From: Gemmatimonadota bacterium
GTDB lineage: Bacteria; Gemmatimonadota; Gemmatimonadetes; Gemmatimonadales; GWC2-71-9
Assembly (NCBI GenBank): GCA_016794825.1
Contig: JAEUJH010000672.1
Location: 1 to 45,698 of the forward strand
Length of the DNA: 45,698 nt
Direction: 5' to 3'
Part shown: piece by piece, positions 8,470 to 15,969 of the stretch
Layout: the number at the start of each line of letters is the position of its first letter
Numbering within the stretch: the stretch's first letter is position 1
Notes under the pieces: generated by a model
Seen by the model: only the letters and a program-made list of their open reading frames with translations
The model's database searches: none
What the model was told of the DNA's origin: nothing
Program-made: the position numbers and the translations under genes

Positions 8470-9287
8470 CAGGGGCGCCCGGCTCCCGGCGGTCGATCGA
8501 GCTTGAGTTCGAACAGTTCCGGCCACCGTTTGCCGGTCACCAGGAGGTGGCCGGTCGCGGAGTCGTAGGCGATCCCGTTGAGGACGTTTTCCGACGTGGC
8601 CGCGGCATTGTAGGCGGGCAGCAGCTCCGCCAGGTCGAGCACCTCCCGAACCACGCCGGTCTCGGCGTCGATCCGGAGAATCCAGTCGCTCTGGTAGACG
8701 TTGGCGAACACCTCGCCGCCGACGTACTCCAGCTCGTTCAGCTTGCCCACCGGGGTGCCGGTGGTAAAGCGAACCGGGAGCCGCCGCCGGACCGCGAACG
8801 TCCGGGGGTCGACGAACCGGAGGGTGTCGGATCCGTCGCTCATGATGAGCGATTGGCCGTCGGTGGTCAGACCCCAGCCTTCGCCCGGATAGGCGATCGA
8901 GTCGACCAGGGCAAACGTGGCCCGGTCGTACACGTAGGCGAGCTGCGATTGCCAGGTGAGCTGATAGAGGCGGTTTTCGAACCGCGCCAGACCTTCGCCG
9001 AACCGCTCGGCCGGGAGCGGTACCACCTTGTCCGCGACACCCGTCTTCAAGGCAACCGACCGCAGTTCCGACGAGCCATAGCGCCCCGTCGACTCGAGCA
9101 GGACGCCGCCCGACTCGAGCAGCAGTCCCTGGGTGTACGCGGCCGTGTCGTGGGGAAACCGAGCGACGACCACATAACTCCGCGGCGGGGGCGGGGGCGC
9201 GGCCTTGGCCGCGCAGGCGACGAGGAAGACCGTGCCGACCGCGGCCAACCAGGGCGCTTGGGACTGGATCAGGGGGAACCACGACAT
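8469..9287 (-). CDS. glutaminyl-peptide cyclotransferase (plant/bacterial beta-propeller type), lipoprotein
   Basis: YTQGLLLE..ESTGRYGSS..FGEGLA..LYQLTW..GEGWGLTTDGQSLIMSDGS..LNELEYVGGEVFANVY is the hallmark pattern of type I glutamine cyclotransferases. ATG 9287 gives MSWFPLIQSQAPWLAAVGTVFLVAC, which ends in a lipobox. The stop overlaps the next start by 1 nt (TGATG). Confidence 0.85.
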   Translation of the reverse strand: MSWFPLIQSQAPWLAAVGTVFLVACAAKAAPPPPPRSYVVVARFPHDTAAYTQGLLLESGGVLLESTGRYGSSELRSVALKTGVADKVVPLPAERFGEGLARFENRLYQLTWQSQLAYVYDRATFALVDSIAYPGEGWGLTTDGQSLIMSDGSDTLRFVDPRTFAVRRRLPVRFTTGTPVGKLNELEYVGGEVFANVYQSDWILRIDAETGVVREVLDLAELLPAYNAAATSENVLNGIAYDSATGHLLVTGKRWPELFELKLDRPPGAGRP

Positions 9288-9332
9288 GGGCGAAAAGTAC
9301 GCTTCGACCCGCACCGCGGAAAGCGGCCGGTG

Positions 9333-9986
9333 TCAGCCCGCCGGCGGGAGTCGGCGCTGCCGGATCCAGGCCCGAACCAGGCTGAGCCAATCCGACCGAG
9401 GCTGGTAGAACGCTCCATGGCCCAGCCCGGTGGCCAGGCTCCGCTCCTCGGTGATCGAACCGGCTCCAGCCCGGCGGAGCAGCCCTCGACACGACTGGCC
9501 CAGCGAGTCCGACTGCTCGAAAATCGAAAGGATGCGCCCCGAGACGGCCGGAAACTCGCCGCTGCCGTCTCCGCAACTGCCGAGAAACACGAACCCGACC
9601 TCCGGGCGGGCCAGCCGGGCGGCGGCCAGGATCGCGATGCCCCCGCCTTTCGAAAACCCCACCACGGTGACGTTCGCGGGATCGACGCCGGCCTTCGTCA
9701 GACTGTCGACCTGCGCGACGACCCGGCCCGCCCACTGCGACGGATCGGCGCCGGAGGGACGGAGGTCGGCGATGACGGACACCCCGCCGGCTCGGAGCGA
9801 GTCGACGATGGCATGGAACGCGTACGGGCCGAACACCGGACTGATGGCGCGGGGGCCCTGCTCCTCGATGATCCGACCGTGGAGGTAGATCGCCACCGGA
9901 GGGCGAGCCTGGGCGACGGCGGCGGCTCCGTTCAGGAGCCCGATCGCAATCGCCAGATGGATGGTTCGTTCGACCGAGCGGAGCAT
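9333..9986 (-). CDS. secreted alpha/beta hydrolase (dienelactone-hydrolase-like)
   Basis: ATG 9986 inside track ORF 9333..10307. Signal peptide MLRSVERTIHLAIAIGLLNGAAAVA|QARPP. Nucleophile elbow GFSKGG, and a C-terminal GLGHGAF. Confidence 0.7.
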   Translation of the reverse strand: MLRSVERTIHLAIAIGLLNGAAAVAQARPPVAIYLHGRIIEEQGPRAISPVFGPYAFHAIVDSLRAGGVSVIADLRPSGADPSQWAGRVVAQVDSLTKAGVDPANVTVVGFSKGGGIAILAAARLARPEVGFVFLGSCGDGSGEFPAVSGRILSIFEQSDSLGQSCRGLLRRAGAGSITEERSLATGLGHGAFYQPRSDWLSLVRAWIRQRRLPPAG

Positions 9987-10005
9987 ATCGCGGCTCCCGG
10001 AAGCA

Positions 10006-10040
10006 GCGACGGGTGCGCTCCCGCGGAACGCACCCGTCGC
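10006..10040 (-). terminator. 12-bp perfect GC-rich hairpin between the LVIVD gene and the hydrolase gene (terminator or attenuator candidate, no U-tract)
   Basis: GCGACGGGTGCG (10006..10017), an 11-nt loop, then CGCACCCGTCGC (10029..10040). It lies 24 nt downstream of the LVIVD stop and 20 nt upstream of the hydrolase start. Confidence 0.35.
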
Positions 10041-10063
10041 CTCGTTGAGGTCCGACCGTCGGA

Positions 10064-12040
10064 CTATCGCGCCAGGTCGCGAACCGCGCCGGCCAGCATC
10101 CGGACCTTGGCGGCGTCGCGGGAGCCCCGGGCGTCGGCATCGAGCCCGGAGGCGAGTTGCGACAGGGCGGTCTGCCGCGCCGGGCCGGAGGCCTGCTCGG
10201 CCCCGCTCAGCGCGTCCCGCACGGCCGAAATGCGCGCCGCCGAAAGACCCTGGGTCCGCGCCAGCTGATCCACGAACGCCCGGGCGAGCGCGAAGCTCGG
10301 CGGCCACACCATCTTCGGCTGGCCCTGCGCGTTCAGGTAGTCGAACCGGACCGTCTTGGCCGCGTCGATCTCGTTCTGGCTGATGAACCCGCTCGGGGTC
10401 AACTCGAAGATGTCGAGGCCGCGGGAAATCTCGGAGCTGACGATGACGCCGTTGTACCAGTACACCGACCAGGACCCGCCGTTGCCCATCCGGGCAGAAT
10501 CCACCGGGCCCCGATCGTGATAGGCGATCTCGATCGGCCGGGACGGATCGGTCCAGTCGAAGATCGAAATCCCGCCCTGGTACCAGGACTGCACCATGAC
10601 GTCCCGGCCCGGAATCGGAATCAGCGAGCCGTTATGGGCCACGCAGTTTTCCTGGGAGGTCTGCGGCGCCGGGAGCTTGTAGTAGCTCTTGAAGTGCATC
10701 TTCCGGTCGCTCAGCGTGAAGATGGCGTTGGCGCCCCATTCCTTCGGGTCGCTCTTGCGGCACTTCGGCCCGCCGCCGCCGCCCCATTCGTCGGTAAAGA
10801 GGATCTTGGTGCCGTCGTTGTTGAACGTGGCCGAGTGCCAGTACGAGAAGTTGGAGTCGGCCACGGCGCCGATCCGCTTCGGGTTGGCCGGGTCGGTGAT
10901 GTCGAGGAGGAGTCCGTACCCCTCGCAGGCGCCGCCGGCGAGCCCGATGGCCGGATAGACCGTGATGTCGTGGCACTGGGTCGGGCCGGGCTTGGGGCCC
11001 CGGTGGTCCGCGTCGGCGCCGGTCATCCGGGCGATCATGGCGGGCAACGCCGCCCGGAGCGCCGAGCTGTCGGCGCCGGTGGGCGCTCCGGTCCCGCCCC
11101 GCGCCTTCACGATGCTGTCGAGCATCGGCCGGGTCATTCCCGACGGCAGCACGAACGACTCGCCATCGAACTCCGCGATGAACGCGCCGCGGGCCCGGGC
11201 GGCCTCGGTGGCGGCCTTGTCGTCCGGCGCGGCGCCGTGCTTGGGCGGCGCGACCAGATCATTGAAGATCCGGGGCGAGCTGACGATCGCGGCCCGTTCG
11301 GGGTTGGCCACCGGGACCTTGATCACTTCGATCCGGAACAGGGCCGAGTTCGGGTCCTTGTCCGGCGTCGCGCTCGAACAGCCCGGGAGTTCGGATTCGG
11401 GCCGGACGCCCGCCGAGCCCGAGATGTAGACGTAGGCGTTGTCGGGGTCCTTCGGATCGATCAGGACGGTGTGGGTGTGCGAGCCCCGGCAGGTCTGGAC
11501 GTTGCCGACGTTCTTCGGCTTGGTGATGTCGGTGATGTCGAAGATCCGGAGGCCGCGGAGCCGGTCCTTGCTCGCCACTTCCCGGACGCCCTGCCCGCCG
11601 CAATCGAGGCGGCCGGTCAGGCCCTCGCCCGAGATGAACAGCAGATTCCGGTAGACCGACACGTCGCTCTGCGAGGCCGGGCAGTAATAGGCGGTCGTCA
11701 GGTTCGGCCGGCTCGGGTTGCTGATGTCCCAGATCTGCCAGCCGTTGTAGTTGCCCTGGATGACGTAGTTGCCCTTGAAGGCCAGATCCGAGTTCGTCAC
11801 GTTGAGGAATCGCTCGGACGGGGGCGTCTTCGACAGCACCCGGAGGTTCCACACCGCTTCGGCCGCGTCCATCCGCCCGGCGCGCAGCCCCACCCGCGGA
11901 TCAGGACTTGGCGCCGTTTCCGTGTACGCGGCGACCGGAGTCGGCACGCCGCCCGACGTCGAGGTCGACGAGGCGCATCCCGCCAGCGTGGCGACACCGA
12001 GCGCATAGCCGAGGCCGCGGTTTCGAAGGACTGAGACCAT
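10064..12040 (-). CDS. LVIVD-repeat beta-propeller lipoprotein
   Basis: ATG 12040 is preceded by GAGGAA. Lipobox MVSVLRNRGLGYALGVATLAGC. Repeated hydrophobic-I/V-D motifs (LRIFDITD, LLLDITD, ISIFDWTD, LDIFELT) are typical of LVIVD repeats. The upstream two thirds of track ORF 10064..13030 are junk. Confidence 0.8.
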   Translation of the reverse strand: MVSVLRNRGLGYALGVATLAGCASSTSTSGGVPTPVAAYTETAPSPDPRVGLRAGRMDAAEAVWNLRVLSKTPPSERFLNVTNSDLAFKGNYVIQGNYNGWQIWDISNPSRPNLTTAYYCPASQSDVSVYRNLLFISGEGLTGRLDCGGQGVREVASKDRLRGLRIFDITDITKPKNVGNVQTCRGSHTHTVLIDPKDPDNAYVYISGSAGVRPESELPGCSSATPDKDPNSALFRIEVIKVPVANPERAAIVSSPRIFNDLVAPPKHGAAPDDKAATEAARARGAFIAEFDGESFVLPSGMTRPMLDSIVKARGGTGAPTGADSSALRAALPAMIARMTGADADHRGPKPGPTQCHDITVYPAIGLAGGACEGYGLLLDITDPANPKRIGAVADSNFSYWHSATFNNDGTKILFTDEWGGGGGPKCRKSDPKEWGANAIFTLSDRKMHFKSYYKLPAPQTSQENCVAHNGSLIPIPGRDVMVQSWYQGGISIFDWTDPSRPIEIAYHDRGPVDSARMGNGGSWSVYWYNGVIVSSEISRGLDIFELTPSGFISQNEIDAAKTVRFDYLNAQGQPKMVWPPSFALARAFVDQLARTQGLSAARISAVRDALSGAEQASGPARQTALSQLASGLDADARGSRDAAKVRMLAGAVRDLAR

Positions 12041-12078
12041 GTGAGGTTCCTCTGAAGGGGTTCGAGACCAACGTCGGG

Positions 12079-12774
12079 TCACGGGGCCCGCCGAAGTCCG
12101 GCCAGTGCGGCCAGCATCGACTTCATCCGGGCGATTTCGGTGGACTGATCGACGTTCACGTCCGACGCGAACTTGAACACGATCTCGTCCTGCCCGGCAC
12201 CGTGAGAATCGAACAGGGTTTTGACCATCTCCACCGCGCCGCGGTGGTGCTGAATCATGTAGAGCAGAAAGAGCCGGTCGAACGCGGGGCCCCGCGCCGC
12301 GCGCAGTTCCTCGAGCTGTTCCGGGGTCAGCATGCCGGGCATCATCATGTCGTGCTCGACCCCGTTCATCACCATCTTCATGCCGGTCGGCCGGGCCTCG
12401 GGCACCGGCTGCAACCGCTCGCGGAGCCACTGCTGCATCAGCGCGATCTCGTCCCGCTGCGCGTTGATGATCCGCGCGGCCAGGGTGCGAACCGAGGGAC
12501 TCGCGTCCCGCTCCGCCGCCCACCCCGCGATCAGGATGGCCTGGGCGTGGTGACTGATCATCCCCGACATGAAGTGGATGTCGGCTTCGGTATAGGGATT
12601 CCGGAGGCTGTCGGCCCGGGCCCGGGCCACGGCCTCCGGATCCGGCGCGCGACTGGCGGCCGCCTGCGGAGCGGGCGGACTGCCGGCCGGGCCGGGTTTG
12701 GCGCATCCGGCGGCGAGCAGCACGCCCAGCAGGGTGCCTGAAAGGGACGTGAATCGGAATCGGGTCGACGGCAC
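12079..12774 (-). CDS. DUF305 family (ferritin-like four-helix) lipoprotein with Met-rich insert
   Basis: Two copies of the DUF305 His motif (IHFMSGMISHHAQAI and FLLYMIQHHRGAVEM). Met-rich stretch GMKMVMNGVEHDMMMPGM. GTG 12774 gives the lipobox signal PSTRFRFTSLSGTLLGVLLAAGC; GTG 12831 is the alternative longer start. Confidence 0.8.
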   Translation of the reverse strand: MPSTRFRFTSLSGTLLGVLLAAGCAKPGPAGSPPAPQAAASRAPDPEAVARARADSLRNPYTEADIHFMSGMISHHAQAILIAGWAAERDASPSVRTLAARIINAQRDEIALMQQWLRERLQPVPEARPTGMKMVMNGVEHDMMMPGMLTPEQLEELRAARGPAFDRLFLLYMIQHHRGAVEMVKTLFDSHGAGQDEIVFKFASDVNVDQSTEIARMKSMLAALAGLRRAP

Positions 12775-12965
12775 GGTGGTGCTTACGGCTCCTCGCGGGC
12801 AGGCGTTTCGAACGGCCGGGGTTTGAGCCACCCCATTCTAGGCGGAGCCCCGGTATCCCGTAAGTTCGACCCGGTCCGAGGCGGGGGTCAAGCGGACCCG
12901 GCCCGGTCACGTCGTGGTCACGGCCGATCGTCAGGTTGGGAGCGGCCTCAACCCCGGAGGGCTCC

Positions 12966-13783
12966 ATGTCGCGTTCGCTTCGTCGCCTGTCGATCATCGG
13001 CTTCGGGCTGCTGATCACCGTCGCGACCACCGGGCTGGGGCAGGGTGCCGTGCGCCGAGGGGCCGTCGTCGGCGGGGTCGCGGGCGCGATCGGCGCCGGG
13101 GCGCTTGGGGCCGTCCTGAGTCAGGCCATGTGCGACGCGGCGGATTGCGGCGGCGCCTGGGTCGAGGGCGCGGTGCCGGGCGCCGTGCTGGGGGAATCGG
13201 CGGCGCGATCCTGGGAGCCGGGGTCGGGGCGCTGGTGGGTGGAGGCTCGAGCGCCGCGGGGCCGCAAGCCCGGTCGGCGGTCGTGGTGTTGGTCGACGCC
13301 TCCGTCGCGCGCCTCGAATCGAACCTGGTCGAGCAGAACGCCACCGGGATCCGGGGTCTGGCCGGCCTGCGCCTCAAAGGGGGCCTTCTGGTCGGGCCGG
13401 CGGTGGAGCGGCTGGCCGGCGGCGGCTGGCGGGTCACCTCCCTCGGTGCCACGGCCCGCCTCGATCCCGGTCGGGGCGCGATCCGTCCCTTTGCCGAGGT
13501 CGACGTGGCCCGGTTCGACTGGCGGCATCCGGCCATCATCGCCACCTGCGGCCCGACCCTTCCGAGTTGCGTCTATGCCCCCGGGACCAAGACGGACGAC
13601 TACCTCGGCGTTGCGGGCGCGGTCGGCGCGTCGGTCGGTTCCGCCGGGGGTGGCTGGCGCGGGTTTGCGCTGGTTCGGTTCCACCACGCCGGCGGTCGTC
13701 CAGCGGGCGAACCCGCCTCGACCGAGTCCCGCCAGATCCGGCAGGTGGCCATCGGGGGCGAACTTGCCTTCCGGATCCGGTAG
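12966..13783 (+). pseudogene. glycine-zipper / beta-rich exported protein interrupted by a 1-nt frameshift in a G5 run
   Basis: Frame A (ATG 12966) encodes MSRSLRRLSIIGFGLLITVATTGLG|QGAV...GAVPGAVLG with high GC3, then becomes R/S/P junk. Frame B takes over at 13193 (GIGGAILGAGVGALVGGGSS...ELAFRIR*, high GC3, stop at 13783) but has no start of its own. The switch is at GGGGG 13190..13194; adding one G restores ...AVLGGIGGAILGAG... Confidence 0.55.
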
Positions 13784-13915
13784 GCCGACCGTTTCGACGC
13801 CGGGACCGGCGCTGACGGCGGTTTGCAGTTCGGGCCTCGTCCGAGTATCTTCCCGGCCTCTTAAGTCGTTGCAGGAATTGGGGCTTAGCCACGCGTCACC
13901 CGGCAATGAGGGCTC

Positions 13916-14554
13916 GTGAAACTCGTCACAAAGTCTCTCGAGCGGGCCTTTTTCGGACTGACCGACCCATTCGTTGCCTGGCTGATCCGCAATCAGGTCA
14001 GGCCGAACACCCTGACCACCATCGGTGCCCTGTTGGTGGTGGTGTCGGCGGTGGCCTTTGCCTTCGGCTGGATTCGGTGGGGCGGCGGGCTGCTCCTGCT
14101 GTCCGGCGTGGTCGATACTTTCGACGGCCAGGTCGCGCGCAAGACGGGGCAGGTATCGAAGTTCGGCGCGTTCTACGATTCCACGCTCGACCGCGTCGGC
14201 GACGGGGCGACGTTCATCGGGATCGCGGCCTACCTGCTCAAGGCCCCCGGGGTCCCGTTCCGGATCGAGACCGCCGTGGTCTGCATGGTGGCGGTGCTGA
14301 GTTCGCTGCTGGTGTCGTACGCCCGGGCCCGGGCCGAAGGGCTCGGGCTCGACTGCAAGGTCGGCATCGTGCAGCGGGCGGAACGGCTGCTCGCGCTCGG
14401 AGTACCGTCGGTTCTGGTGGGCGCGGGGCCGAACGGCATCGTGCTGCAGGTCATCGCCGTGGTGCTGGCGATCCTGTCGTCGATCACGGTGGTGCAGCGG
14501 TTCGTGTACGTCTATCAGGTGACGGAAGGCTCGGGCGCCGACAAGCCGCAGTGA
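13916..14554 (+). CDS. CDP-alcohol phosphatidyltransferase (phosphatidylinositol-phosphate synthase-like)
   Basis: GTG start. Full CDP-OH-P motif DTFDGQVARKTGQVSKFGAFYDSTLDRVGD (aa 67-96). About six hydrophobic segments in 212 aa. It sits directly upstream of the MIPS gene. Confidence 0.85.
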   Translation: MKLVTKSLERAFFGLTDPFVAWLIRNQVRPNTLTTIGALLVVVSAVAFAFGWIRWGGGLLLLSGVVDTFDGQVARKTGQVSKFGAFYDSTLDRVGDGATFIGIAAYLLKAPGVPFRIETAVVCMVAVLSSLLVSYARARAEGLGLDCKVGIVQRAERLLALGVPSVLVGAGPNGIVLQVIAVVLAILSSITVVQRFVYVYQVTEGSGADKPQ

Positions 14555-14620
14555 GGCCGGCGGCCCGTGCCGACGATGGCAACACGATGGCGCGGGAAAG
14601 TCTCGCGTCGTTCGACAACT

Positions 14621-14626
14621 AAGGAG
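14621..14626 (+). promoter_or_regulatory. Shine-Dalgarno sequence AAGGAG for the MIPS gene
   Basis: AAGGAG lies 5 nt upstream of GTG 14632. It is the strongest SD I see in the window. Confidence 0.5.
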
Positions 14627-14631
14627 ATCTC

Positions 14632-15963
14632 GTGGCTCAAGGAACTGCTCGTCCGATCGCCCCGGCGAACGGCAAGTTGGGAGTACTCTGCGTCGGATTG
14701 GGCGCCGTCGCGTCGACGTTCATCGCGGGCGTCGAGAACGTCCGGCGGGGCCGGGCGCAGGCCACCGGTTCGCTGACCCAGCTCGCCACCATTCGGCTCG
14801 GCAAACGGACCGACAAGCGGTCGCCGCTCATCAAGGATTTCGTCCCGCTCGCCAAACTCGAGGATCTGGTGTTCGGGGCCTGGGACCCGGTCCCGGACGA
14901 CTGCTATCAGTCGTGCCTCCACTGCGGCGTGCTCGACAAGCACGAGCACGTCGAGCCGATCGCCGATTTCCTCAAGACCATCAAGCCGATGCCGGCCGCC
15001 TTCGACCAGCACTACGTCAAGCGGCTCCAGGGCACCAACGTCAAGACCGGCACCAAGCGGCAGCAGGCCGAGGCGCTCCGGAAGGACATCCGGGACTTCA
15101 AGGCCAAGCATGGCTGCGATCGGTTGGTGATGGTCTGGTGCGCGTCGACGGAAATCTTCATCGCGCCCGGCGCCACCCATCAGTCGCTCGAGGCCTTCGA
15201 GAAGGCCATGGACGCCAACGACCCCTCGATCGCGCCCTCGATGCTGTACGCCTGGGCCTCGGTCATGGAGGGCGTGCCCTTCGCCAACGGCGCTCCGAAC
15301 CTGAGCTGCGACTTCCCGGCCCTCGAGGAACTCGCCAAGAAGAAGAAGGTCGCGATCGGCGGGAAGGACTTCAAGACCGGTCAGACCATGCTCAAGACCG
15401 TGCTCTCGCCGATGTTCAAGGCGCGGATGCTCGGCGTGTCGGGCTGGTACTCGACCAACATCCTCGGCAACCGGGACGGCGAGGTGCTCGACGATCCGGA
15501 GAGCTTCAAGACCAAGGAAGAGTCGAAGCTGGGCGTGCTGGAGCACATCCTCCAGCCCGAGTTGTATCCGAACCTCTACGGCAAGCTCTACCACAAGGTC
15601 CGGATCAACTACTATCCGCCCCGCGGCGACAACAAGGAGGGCTGGGACAACATCGACATCTTCGGATGGCTCGGCTATCCGATGCAGATCAAGGTCGATT
15701 TCCTCTGCCGCGACTCCATCCTGGCCGCGCCGCTGGTCCTCGATCTGGCCCTCTTCTTCGACCTGGCGCAGCGGGCCGGCATGCCGGGCGTCCAGGAGTG
15801 GCTCTCGTTCTACTTCAAGAGCCCCCAGACCGCTCCCGGGCTGTACCCGGAGCACGATCTGTTCATCCAGCAGACCAAGCTCAAGAACACCCTCCGCTAC
15901 CTGATGGGCGAGGAGCAGATCACCCATCTGGGCGTCGAGTACTACGAGTACGACAAGGAGTAG
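14632..15963 (+). CDS. ino1: myo-inositol-1-phosphate (inositol-3-phosphate) synthase
   Basis: 443 aa. N-terminal Rossmann segment GVLCVGLGAVAST. Conserved blocks NGAPNL, SGWYSTNILGNRDG, DNKEGWDNIDIFGWLGYPMQIKVDFLCRDSILAAPLVLDL. Confidence 0.9.
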   Translation: MAQGTARPIAPANGKLGVLCVGLGAVASTFIAGVENVRRGRAQATGSLTQLATIRLGKRTDKRSPLIKDFVPLAKLEDLVFGAWDPVPDDCYQSCLHCGVLDKHEHVEPIADFLKTIKPMPAAFDQHYVKRLQGTNVKTGTKRQQAEALRKDIRDFKAKHGCDRLVMVWCASTEIFIAPGATHQSLEAFEKAMDANDPSIAPSMLYAWASVMEGVPFANGAPNLSCDFPALEELAKKKKVAIGGKDFKTGQTMLKTVLSPMFKARMLGVSGWYSTNILGNRDGEVLDDPESFKTKEESKLGVLEHILQPELYPNLYGKLYHKVRINYYPPRGDNKEGWDNIDIFGWLGYPMQIKVDFLCRDSILAAPLVLDLALFFDLAQRAGMPGVQEWLSFYFKSPQTAPGLYPEHDLFIQQTKLKNTLRYLMGEEQITHLGVEYYEYDKE

Positions 15964-15969
15964 CCGGCC

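Noticed and set aside
8470-10140. Upstream parts of the composite long ORFs 7924..10140, 10064..13030, 931..2859, 4854..6371 and 25906..28038
   Set aside because: In each case only the 3' portion has motifs, a signal peptide and a plausible start. The 5' extensions run through neighbouring real genes in another frame.
13185-13200. Programmed -1 ribosomal frameshift at the G5 run
   Set aside because: There is no X XXY YYZ heptamer and no obvious downstream stimulatory structure. A homopolymer indel, either a sequencing error or a mutation, is the simpler explanation. P-site slippage on GGG cannot be excluded from sequence alone.
13784-13915. Promoter hexamers or a copy of the cluster cis-element upstream of the CDP-alcohol transferase gene
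   Set aside because: The gap has an AT-richer patch (CTTAAGTCGTTGCAGGAATTGGGGCTTAGCC) and a GCGTCACCCGG segment. Neither matches CCGTGACCGG or GTTAGGC exactly, nor a convincing -35/-10 pair, so no call is made.
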